Shown: positions 29,274 through 36,835 of the stretch, in pieces
Layout: each line of letters begins with the position of its first letter
Numbering within the stretch: position 1 is the stretch's first letter
From: a virus
DNA: 64,000 nt
IMG/VR virus record: IMGVR_UViG_3300045988_147856
Direction: 5' to 3' (one strand)
The notes under the pieces: generated by a model
Database searches by the model: none
What the model saw: only the letters and a program-made list of their open reading frames with translations
Told to the model about the DNA's origin: nothing
Made by a program: the position numbers and the translations under genes

Positions 29274-31043
29274 TTATTTAATAATAGGTTTCTTGAACGC
29301 AAACACTTTACGCTCGGGTGGTTTGTTGCTGGGCTTAAGCTTTCTCTCAAGCTCTTGAACAACCCAATAGTTGTAGCCGACCGATGACACTCGGTCTTTT
29401 CTCATACCGGACTGCTCTTTGACTTTTATTAAAGTACCTGTAGGTGTGTACTTTAGGCTTATTATTTCGTTAATAAAAAGCGTTGTGTGAATATATGGAA
29501 GCAGAACTTTACGCTTTAGCTCAGCGTCGTCAAGTATGGCTTGAACAATACCTCTCGGAAGTTCGTAGAAGTCATTTTCGGAACTAAGGAGTTTAATCTT
29601 ATTCTGTTTGAAGCCGTCACGCAACGCAAGATACATATCATTATTAAACTGACTTGTAGCCTGTATTGCCCAAATAACCTTTTTAGCCTCTCTATCTGTG
29701 CAACGAGCCGCGTACACATCGTCATTACAACAACTAAGTGGCGGGTAAGTGACATTGTACTCCGGGTCATATATGTCGCGCACGAGAGCGTCGTACACGC
29801 CTATACCAAGACCCTTAACATCGAGCGCTATATCAGTACAATGGAACTGCTCGTACAACCTGCGTATGCGCAGAGCGAGGTCGTTCGTATGAAGTCCCTC
29901 GTGATTCTCCGTATATATAAGGTTGCTGATATATCTGTTCTCCGAATTGGGTATAGCCCTATTAATCCATATAGACGCGGCGTCGTTATTTTGCTTCTTA
30001 GAAGCCAACAGCGCAACGTCGGCAGAGAGAACACGACGCTCATTAAATGCAAGCGGTGGTATCTTCTGTTTATAATTAGGTATAAGAGAGCTGATATAGT
30101 CGGGATATAGGGCTTGTTTTATCTGACGAGTTTTAGCTATATCATCGTAAGAGAACAGCGAGCCGTCCGTATCTCCGAACCACAAGCACTCCATCTCCAT
30201 ACCGAACGTCGTCTCTGACTGGTCGCCCTCGGAAAGCTCGTCCGCTATCTGATTCTTGTCAAGCAGGTGCTCTTTTATCGAAAGCTGATAGGGAAGCCCG
30301 CAGGTGAAATATTTGCGTTGATCATCACTCATATTCTTCGCGTATGCCTGAAGCTTGCCGAAAGACCAATGTGACTTATACCATGCAGACGAGAGATAAA
30401 CTTCTTTGTTTCTCTCCGTTAAATGTGCATATTTGGGATTGTTAAGATATCCCGGACTTCTCGGAGCCGTCAAAAATCTTTTGAGAACCGTTTGCATAAT
30501 AGTAAGCGGTATCATGCGAAACTCATCGCAGATATTAATATTAGCTCTGTTGTGTCGAGCTTCATCGTTTGCAGTTACGACGAATATACGGGATGTGTTC
30601 CTAAACACAATCTCCGCTTTGGACTGATTTATTGTTATGCCCTTCGGCTCTATCTCTAACTGAAGATTAGCGGAGTTGGGCATAAGAATCGTTTGTATTT
30701 TCGTTAAGACCTCGACGGACTGTCCACGGGTCTTAGACGCAATACAGATACCCGTACCGGGGTACAAAATACAACGCACACAGCAGAACACGGCGACTAA
30801 GAAGGTTTTTCCCTGACCTCTTGCTGCGATGTACATTGTATGGTCGTACCAGTTCATCATATACAAGATTATCTGCTGAAAAAGCTTAAGCTTAATATTA
30901 AGATAATCCAAGCAAAAACGGTGAGGATTAGCCCTATAGAACGAACACCATGCGTCCACGCCGTTCATAATTCGTTTAGCCTTATCGTTGGCTAACTCGC
31001 GATCGCTGAGCTTATTCCGTGTCGCCATAATCTTCACCGTCAC
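29274..31043 (-). CDS. terL: Terminase large subunit
   Basis: Walker A AARGQGKT, followed by a nuclease-like C-terminal half. The true start may be the ATG at 31028 (MATRNK). Confidence 0.8.
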   Translation of the reverse strand: MTVKIMATRNKLSDRELANDKAKRIMNGVDAWCSFYRANPHRFCLDYLNIKLKLFQQIILYMMNWYDHTMYIAARGQGKTFLVAVFCCVRCILYPGTGICIASKTRGQSVEVLTKIQTILMPNSANLQLEIEPKGITINQSKAEIVFRNTSRIFVVTANDEARHNRANINICDEFRMIPLTIMQTVLKRFLTAPRSPGYLNNPKYAHLTERNKEVYLSSAWYKSHWSFGKLQAYAKNMSDDQRKYFTCGLPYQLSIKEHLLDKNQIADELSEGDQSETTFGMEMECLWFGDTDGSLFSYDDIAKTRQIKQALYPDYISSLIPNYKQKIPPLAFNERRVLSADVALLASKKQNNDAASIWINRAIPNSENRYISNLIYTENHEGLHTNDLALRIRRLYEQFHCTDIALDVKGLGIGVYDALVRDIYDPEYNVTYPPLSCCNDDVYAARCTDREAKKVIWAIQATSQFNNDMYLALRDGFKQNKIKLLSSENDFYELPRGIVQAILDDAELKRKVLLPYIHTTLFINEIISLKYTPTGTLIKVKEQSGMRKDRVSSVGYNYWVVQELERKLKPSNKPPERKVFAFKKPIIK

Positions 31044-32043
31044 TTATAATGGCGTCCAGCAGTGCGTCGTCGTCTCCTTCGTATTCAGGCATCTCAACAC
31101 GATATTTTGCCATCTCTTCCTCATAAGCCGCACTGTATTTGTTCTGTACTCCCAACATCTTGCAAAGATGTCCCAAAAAATATACCGTTATATACTTGCG
31201 AATATTATCAACATCCTGCCATTCGGGGAGCGGCTCTGAAATGGGGCGTTCGTTCTCCCATTTCTTGATAAGAGTGCCAAAGGTATTTTGCTCAACCATA
31301 GCATTTTCGTTATTCTGACTTGGCTTTAAGTTTGCTGTGCCGAGGAGGTCTTGAAATACCTTAAGTGCCTCCACAAGCTTCATAGACCCCTTGCCTTGCT
31401 GAGCTTTTAGAATATTGAGCTGAGCGATGCACAGGTTTTTGAAGACCTCTTCCTGCGATTTAGTAGAACACTCATGCCGTGAAGTCCAGTCATCGTATTG
31501 CTCCTGAAGAAACTTAAGCTCTTCGGGTTCGAATCCGCCACCGAAGAACGCCAAGGTCTTCTGCTTTATTTTGATTTCGGAACTATTGTTCTTTAGATCT
31601 TCTACGTCATTAATGACAGTTTCCTCGTCGCGTATAGTATCGTCGTAAGTTTTACCTTGATAACAACGCAAGGACATTTTAGACACATATGAGCTCATGC
31701 GGCTGAACGACGCCGAACTCTTCTCAGTTGCATCGTATATCCTTTTCGAGAAATACCAGTCGAACTTCTGACATAGACGCTTCGTCGCCTCCATCTCTGA
31801 GCCAAGTTCGTCGGTATACAATTCAAACAGCTCCTCGACGCACGAGCGACACACGGGGATAAATCCGTCGTTGCCAACATGAATAGGGGATTGCGATCTA
31901 TAAAAGTTACCAGTAAGTTTAGTATATTTTTTGCCGCACATGGTGCAGTAGAACTCGGTTCGACCGTTGGACGACGCGGGCTTTTTCTTTTTCTTAGAGG
32001 TCGATTTAGAGCGACCTATTGAGTTTTGAGCTATGTTACCCAC
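31012..32043 (-). CDS. Terminase small subunit, putative (zinc-ribbon containing)
   Basis: Called by position upstream of terL. Basic N-terminus and CTMCG...CRSC. Weak SD. Confidence 0.4.
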   Translation of the reverse strand: MGNIAQNSIGRSKSTSKKKKKPASSNGRTEFYCTMCGKKYTKLTGNFYRSQSPIHVGNDGFIPVCRSCVEELFELYTDELGSEMEATKRLCQKFDWYFSKRIYDATEKSSASFSRMSSYVSKMSLRCYQGKTYDDTIRDEETVINDVEDLKNNSSEIKIKQKTLAFFGGGFEPEELKFLQEQYDDWTSRHECSTKSQEEVFKNLCIAQLNILKAQQGKGSMKLVEALKVFQDLLGTANLKPSQNNENAMVEQNTFGTLIKKWENERPISEPLPEWQDVDNIRKYITVYFLGHLCKMLGVQNKYSAAYEEEMAKYRVEMPEYEGDDDALLDAIISDGEDYGDTE

Positions 32044-32094
32044 ATCCTTTACATATAAAAATAGCGCCCCTATACGGGACGCAAAAAGTTAAAT

Positions 32095-32168
32095 TGGCGG
32101 CGCTTGCAGGATTTGAACCTACACTATCAGAGCCAAAATCTGATGTGCTGCCCTTACACCAAAGCGCT
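32095..32168 (-). tRNA. tRNA-Gln (anticodon UUG)
   Basis: Hand-folded cloverleaf: anticodon stem TCAGA/TCTGA, loop TTTTGGC, T-arm GTAGG-TTCAAAT-CCTGC, G73-CCA. The 1:72 position is an A/C mismatch. Confidence 0.7.
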
Positions 32169-32482
32169 GTATTGCAGGACTCGGGCGGATATCGCTTGCA
32201 TAATACCCGCCCAAAGTTCTGCTTAAGGAGGAATGAAATTTTGAAGCCGCTTGCAAGCAGCCGACAAAATGGAGTTGTCTAATTGAACCGCCCATATGGG
32301 CGGTATTTGTAAAACTAAGGAAACGTCGTAACGCTTCCTATACAAAGGCGAATGAGCCTTTTGATAACCTAAGTTAAAATCCAAGTCACGTCTTTTCGTC
32401 AGCCATCGTTTTACCGTCCGCAAACTTGTGCGCCCGATTCGTCCCGGAACGCCCGATACTTAACTTCTCGCGCTTGGATTTT

Positions 32483-32557
32483 TGGAGCATCCTGCGTGAC
32501 TCGAACACGCAACCCGCTGCTTACAAGGCAGCCGCTCTACCATTGAGCCAAGGATGC
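32483..32557 (-). tRNA. tRNA-Thr (anticodon UGU)
   Basis: Perfect cloverleaf: acceptor GCATCCT/AGGATGC, D-stem GCTC/GAGC, anticodon stem GCTGC/GCAGC with loop CTTGTAA, T-arm GCGTG-TTCGAGT-CACGC, CCA end. Confidence 0.9.
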
Positions 32558-32666
32558 ATATACTCGGATTTGATATCGCTGGGACACATCATAGAGAGGT
32601 GCGGATAGTCTGACGTACCGAGCTTGTGGCGCAACCCCACACGTCCCCGCTGTACACACGGGATAT

Positions 32667-32742
32667 TGGTTGCGGAGGCGGGACTTGAACCCACGACCTT
32701 TAGGGCATGAACCTAATGAGCTACCAACTGCTCCACTCCGCT
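32667..32742 (-). tRNA. tRNA-Met-like (anticodon CAU) with initiator-type backbone
   Basis: AGCGGAG-TG-GAGC-AGTTGGTA-GCTC-A-TTAGG-TTCATGC-CCTAA-AGGTC-GTGGG-TTCAAGT-CCCGC-CTCCGCA-A-CCA. Shows a 1:72 mismatch, A11:U24 and A73. Confidence 0.8.
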
Positions 32743-32766
32743 ATATAAAACAACAGCAAGCAAACC

Positions 32767-32785
32767 GTCTAACAATTGTCTAACA
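32767..32785 (+). repeat. Integrase arm-type site pair (GTCTAACA x2)
   Basis: GTCTAACAattGTCTAACA lies left of the att core. The same motif recurs right of the core. Confidence 0.55.
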
Positions 32786-32908
32786 CCATTATTATTTAGC
32801 GATTTTTCGCACCATGCGAACCGTTTATTAATTGCGTTATATAGGTAAAATCACGGCTTTACACTGCATGGAATCGAATGACACTGTTTGATATTCGCGT
32901 CACAACCA

Positions 32909-32953
32909 CTGTTAACCGCAGGGTCGTTGGTTCGAGTCCAACAGGGGGAGCCA
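32909..32953 (+). other. attP core: 3' half of a tRNA-Asn(GUU) gene (anticodon loop to CCA)
   Basis: CTGTTAA-CCGCA-GGGTC-GTTGG-TTCGAGT-CCAAC-AGGGGGA-G-CCA with no matching 5' acceptor or D-arm upstream. Adjacent to int. Confidence 0.7.
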
Positions 32954-32961
32954 TCTCAGAA

Positions 32962-32999
32962 GCCTTGAGCCTCAACGGGTTCAGGGCTTTTTCTTTTTC
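32962..32999 (+). terminator. Intrinsic terminator after the tRNA-Asn fragment
   Basis: GCCTTGAGC/GTTCAGGGC stem (two G.U pairs) followed by TTTTTCTTTTT. Confidence 0.65.
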
Positions 33000-33023
33000 T
33001 AAAATAGCTCGAAATTCCCATGT

Positions 33024-33043
33024 GTCTAACGTTTTGTCTAACA
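33024..33043 (+). repeat. Integrase arm-type site pair (GTCTAAC x2)
   Basis: GTCTAACgttttGTCTAACA, overlapping the int stop. Confidence 0.55.
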
Positions 33044-34192
33044 CGCCTGAGCTAAAGTTTCGCGAATAATTTCAGAGGTCATCTTTTTCCTCGACAAATC
33101 AAGGTGTCCATATATATTACAAGTCATCTTTATATCGGCGTGACCCATCCAATCTTGGACGTCCTTGAGTGAACAACCTTTGGCGAGAAGAAGGCTCGCA
33201 CAACTATGTCTTAGATCGTGGAATCTTATATGCGGGAGATTATATTTTCTCAATAGGTCTCCGAATTTGTGCGATATATATGACGGGTCATACATTGCGC
33301 CATTCGCCCATTTGAAGATATAATCATTCTCCACATAGGTGTCTCCAAAGAACTCTCTGTTCTTCTGTTCCTCTTCTTTGAGCTGAAGCAGTAGCTCTCT
33401 AATTTCAGGAAACAGCGGAAACGACCGATAACTTGATTTGTTTTTGGTTTTGTCTTTCTCGACAACCTTGGTTGACATAGAGACCGTGTGGCGTATAAGG
33501 ATAGTATTTGTGTCAAAATCAATGCTTTGCCACTGTAGACCCAAAACCTCACTGCGCCGCAGTCCATACATGACTGTAGTTTGGATGAGCGGATGCAAAG
33601 GTTCGTCCTTTATGGTCTCAAGCAGAGTGTTAATTTCACTGGCGTTATACCACTCATACTCCCGTCTCTCAAGTTTTGGGAGTCTCACGAGTTCACAAGG
33701 ATTTGTACTTATCAGCCTGTGTCGCATAGCCTCCTTAAAGGCAAGCTGAAGAACATTCTTGTGCAGACGAAGGGTTTTAGGTGATAGACCGCCATTCCCA
33801 TCTTTTCTGCCGTGGGTCGCCTTATAGTCAAAATATTGCTGTATATTGTCAAGGTTGGCATCCACTAATTTTATTTTGTGTTCCTCAAAATACGGTTGAA
33901 CATGAGAATCAACTATAACCTTATAACCGTCCCAAGTTACAGTATCTATAAACGGCTTAGTCTCCGTGAGCCACTGGTCTAAGTAGTCCGAGATAAGTAT
34001 ATTGGGTTCATAAATCAGCTGAGCACTTTCATACTCGCTAATTATTGACCGCATAGCCGCCTCAGCTTTACGCAGATTATTCTTTACTTCATAACCTGTG
34101 TAAACCCACTTCTGCTTACGCTTTCCAGTGTTGTCTACGAAATTCAGAACGGCATAATATTTGCCGCGTTTTGCTTGCAAGCTTCCTGTCAA
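33038..34192 (-). CDS. int: Tyrosine integrase
   Basis: TTG start 8 nt after AAAGGAGA. HDLRHSCASLLLAKG and GHADIKMTCNIYGH catalytic boxes, plus an N-terminal SAM-like arm-binding region. Confidence 0.9.
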   Translation of the reverse strand: MTGSLQAKRGKYYAVLNFVDNTGKRKQKWVYTGYEVKNNLRKAEAAMRSIISEYESAQLIYEPNILISDYLDQWLTETKPFIDTVTWDGYKVIVDSHVQPYFEEHKIKLVDANLDNIQQYFDYKATHGRKDGNGGLSPKTLRLHKNVLQLAFKEAMRHRLISTNPCELVRLPKLERREYEWYNASEINTLLETIKDEPLHPLIQTTVMYGLRRSEVLGLQWQSIDFDTNTILIRHTVSMSTKVVEKDKTKNKSSYRSFPLFPEIRELLLQLKEEEQKNREFFGDTYVENDYIFKWANGAMYDPSYISHKFGDLLRKYNLPHIRFHDLRHSCASLLLAKGCSLKDVQDWMGHADIKMTCNIYGHLDLSRKKMTSEIIRETLAQAC

Positions 34193-34259
34193 TTAAATAA
34201 TCTCCTTTCTGTAGTCCGCTTGCTGTTGTACGGTCATTTTAGCACAACAGCGCAAAATG

Positions 34260-34436
34260 TCAACTACCGGCAGAAAGAAAATTTTCAATACTCTTTTTAG
34301 TAATTAAGTAGCTTGTACCTATACGAACAGAGGGAATAGTACCGTTATGTATAAGGTCATACGCAGCCTTTCTTCCTATTCGCAACATTGTCTGCATTTC
34401 TTTAACAGTTACCACATCAGGATAATTGTCAAACAA
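34260..34436 (-). CDS. xis: Excisionase-type helix-turn-helix protein
   Basis: VTVKEMQTMLRIGRKAAYDLIHNGTIPSVRIGTSYLITKKSIENFL matches the excisionase/MerR-like HTH pattern. TTG or GTG start; under the track size cutoff. Confidence 0.7.
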   Translation of the reverse strand: MFDNYPDVVTVKEMQTMLRIGRKAAYDLIHNGTIPSVRIGTSYLITKKSIENFLSAGS

Positions 34437-34469
34437 TCAAATCATTCCATTTCCTTTAAATTTTATCAA

Positions 34470-34619
34470 TCAATCAGTAACCACGAGCACAATAGAAGGT
34501 CCACTCGCTACAATTTCATCATCTCTATATGGCTCTACTATTGTCGCCTCCACACCCTCGCGCTTTTTAAGTTCTTCCACGAGGTCTTTTGTGGATATCT
34601 CAGTAAGAGAATAACTCAT
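34470..34619 (-). CDS. 49-aa BC1881-like small protein
   Basis: MSYSLTEISTKDLVEELKKREGVEATIVEP..., with SD AAAGGAG upstream. Confidence 0.55.
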   Translation of the reverse strand: MSYSLTEISTKDLVEELKKREGVEATIVEPYRDDEIVASGPSIVLVVTD

Positions 34620-34940
34620 TTAGCACACTCCTTTGCTTCGCACCATTTTGCCGATGTCGGCAATTTGGTTAATATAAGATTTTATCAGTGCCCTGCGGAA
34701 ACTGTCTACTCCTCATCAGTGGAGCGACTTTCTATCCGCAGGGTCTTTTAGTTCCCGCCGCGAGTTCACGGCTTTGTAAACCCTACGACTCGTCTACCGC
34801 TTATGGTGCGGCGCATCCTCGTAGAGCGTAATCAGTAACTGCATAACCGCCATTATTACAGTTTGCAAAAAGAAGTAGATTTTCCATTTAAACTCCTGCA
34901 CCCATAGTTAATGGTGAGATAGACTGTCCATCTCGCCACT

Positions 34941-35048
34941 TTAAGTCCCTACTTACGGCAAGGGATTTCCGCTTTTTTAAGTCCCAACTTACGGTATGGG
35001 ATAACCGCTTTTTTAAGTCCTGCTTTTACGGCGCAGGATCTCCGCTTA
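34941..35048 (+). repeat. Three tandem 36-nt hairpin units with compensatory stem substitutions
   Basis: U1 TTAAGTCCCTACTTACGGCAAGGGATTTCCGCTTTT; U2 TTAAGTCCCAACTTACGGTATGGGATAACCGCTTTT; U3 TTAAGTCCTGCTTTTACGGCGCAGGATCTCCGCTTAG. Confidence 0.85.
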
Positions 35049-35070
35049 GACATGGGTGACAGAAGTATCG

Positions 35071-35175
35071 TTATATCACGCCAAGGCTCGCGAGCAGCTG
35101 GATAATTGCCACAATAGCAATACCACCAGTGAGAGCAAAGACGTTTAAAAAGTTGTAGATCAATGCAATCAGCAT
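35071..35175 (-). CDS. 34-aa hydrophobic peptide
   Basis: MLIALIYNFLNVFALTGGIAIVAIIQLLASLGVI. SD AAAGGAGAG lies directly after the HU stop. Under the track cutoff. Confidence 0.45.
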   Translation of the reverse strand: MLIALIYNFLNVFALTGGIAIVAIIQLLASLGVI

Positions 35176-35187
35176 AATATCTCTCCT

Positions 35188-35478
35188 TTACAGGTCGGCG
35201 TAGTCGGGCTCAGTGCTCGGGAAGAACGCTACGCCCGGCACGAACTTAATAACATCCGACGGCTCCGGCACACACATCTCTCCCGTTACCGGGTGTCGGT
35301 AAGGCTTCGGCTTACGCCTAACCTTCTGAAATGTACCAAAACCATATATTGACAGCTTATCTCCGTCGTTAACGACCTTGGAGATAGCGTTGCACACTGC
35401 ATTAATGCAGAACTCTGAATCACCGAGGGTGAGAGAGTTATCTTTCGCCACAAGTCTTATAAGTTCCTTGCGATTCAA
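35188..35478 (-). CDS. HU/IHF-family DNA-binding protein
   Basis: TTG start after GAAAGGAAG. GFGTFQKVRRKPKPYRHPVTGE matches the HU beta-arm pattern. The track start at 35604 overlaps the upstream gene. Confidence 0.8.
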   Translation of the reverse strand: MNRKELIRLVAKDNSLTLGDSEFCINAVCNAISKVVNDGDKLSIYGFGTFQKVRRKPKPYRHPVTGEMCVPEPSDVIKFVPGVAFFPSTEPDYADL

Positions 35479-35497
35479 ATTATCTTCCTTTCTTTCC

Positions 35498-36481
35498 TCA
35501 AAAGGCGACAAGCTTCGTCGCCGACTCAATGTTATAACCATCTTTATCGAGACACACATAAATACAACCCTGCTGCTGAGAGTTAACCAACGCGCCGTCA
35601 CCATATCTCATTTTCTGTGTCTCACACGCCGCACCCTGCTCATACATAGTGGTGTTTCCGATTTTATACGAACCGAGTCTGTGCGTATGCGCCATTACAA
35701 GGCAGTTGAAATCATACCCTTCATTGCGGAACCACAGCACAGCTTTCTCCGCCGTCTTCATAGGTGAACTGCTAAAAGCCTTCGGGTGAACAAACATTAC
35801 ATGACCTATCTGCGAAAACCACTCGCCAGTATAAACGACTTCGATATCATCGAATGTCTCACGAAGCGGCTCAAACCACGTCTTAATATGATTGCGACGG
35901 TCGTAATGATAGAAGCCATCAACGAAGATGTAGTCCAGTGCCGTCTCGGGCATAAGCTCCTGAAGGTCTGAATCGAGGTGGTTGGCGAGATATGCTCCGA
36001 GGCGAAGCTCATGGTTGCCGTAGTTTGCGATGACCTTCTTCGGTTTTATGTAGTCAATAAGGTCTATAATGTACTGCCGACCCTCAACCAGTTCCTCGAT
36101 ACACGGTATGCGATACGACTTCGAGAATTTGGATATCGACTGACAATCAAATATATCTCCGTTGAGCTGTAGGATGTCTACACGCCCGACATACTTTGAA
36201 AATGTCTCTATAGGCTTTGCGAACGGGAAGTGCAGGTCTGATATAGACAGAACCCTCGTCGCCACGCCGCGCTCAGCTATCTCACGTTCATAGTTGCGAC
36301 CGCGATTGAAAGCGGCAAATTCTTTTCGATAAGCGCTCTCGCCGAGCGTCTGACCGCTTTCTGTATTGAGCAACTCGGCTATCTGGTCGCAAGTGAGACC
36401 ATAAATTTTCTTGTTATCGAAGAGCCGAACGAAGTAGTCAACATAGGACTCTCCGCTCTGCTTCTTAGCGAAGTCTTCCAT
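35498..36481 (-). CDS. Calcineurin-like metallophosphoesterase (Mre11/SbcD-like fold)
   Basis: Motifs SDLHFP, NGDIFD, GNHE and MAHTHRLG occur in the canonical order. Confidence 0.8.
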   Translation of the reverse strand: MEDFAKKQSGESYVDYFVRLFDNKKIYGLTCDQIAELLNTESGQTLGESAYRKEFAAFNRGRNYEREIAERGVATRVLSISDLHFPFAKPIETFSKYVGRVDILQLNGDIFDCQSISKFSKSYRIPCIEELVEGRQYIIDLIDYIKPKKVIANYGNHELRLGAYLANHLDSDLQELMPETALDYIFVDGFYHYDRRNHIKTWFEPLRETFDDIEVVYTGEWFSQIGHVMFVHPKAFSSSPMKTAEKAVLWFRNEGYDFNCLVMAHTHRLGSYKIGNTTMYEQGAACETQKMRYGDGALVNSQQQGCIYVCLDKDGYNIESATKLVAF

Positions 36482-36488
36482 CAGCGGC

Positions 36489-36668
36489 TCACCTCCACGG
36501 TTCGTGGCGAAGCTTCTTTAGGTAGCGCATCACCTTAAAGCCCTCGGTGCAGTAGTATGTTTTCTTTCGACTGGGAGCGTAGCGGTTCGTTACCGTTATA
36601 TGCGTTCCGGGAAACTTCTTTCTAATCTTAAAAGCTTCCTCCTGCGAGATTTTAACTATATAAACCAT
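36489..36668 (-). CDS. 59-aa basic protein
   Basis: ATG after AAAAGGAA; its stop overlaps the next start. Under the track cutoff. Confidence 0.5.
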   Translation of the reverse strand: MVYIVKISQEEAFKIRKKFPGTHITVTNRYAPSRKKTYYCTEGFKVMRYLKKLRHEPWR

Positions 36669-36835
36669 TCCTTTTTATCAATTTGGAGCGAGTTTTCTTA
36701 CCCCTCTCCTATTGTAACCGCACGGGACACCCCTAAAATTTGTCGCATAATACGGCTATTTTAAGGGGTCGTTTATCCCGTTTGGGTCGGATTTTAGCCT
36801 ATTTTTTGTAAATTTTTGCGTGATTTGTTGTCAAT

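Noticed and set aside
32095-32742. Suppressor tRNA or stop-codon recoding, as in some gut phages.
   Set aside because: The anticodons read UUG, UGU and CAU. Very long ORFs (1262 and 1335 aa) are intact under the standard code. Only one in-frame TAG (the antirepressor) was seen.
32019-33069. Track ORFs overlapping the tRNA cluster and attP (32019..32282, 32223..32423, 32426..32608, 32859..33044, 32878..33069).
   Set aside because: They are read through tRNA genes or the att core, lack SDs, and are better explained by the RNA and att features.
34347-34751. Track ORFs 34347..34751(+) and 34426..34614(+).
   Set aside because: They are antisense to the well-supported xis-like and BC1881-like small genes, and no SD is present.
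13472-35048. Possible CRISPR arrays (the 33-nt repeats at 13472-13544 and the 36-nt repeats at 34941-35048).
   Set aside because: The repeats are directly abutting with no spacers, and no cas genes are present. The first set is a toxI array and the second is a hairpin array.
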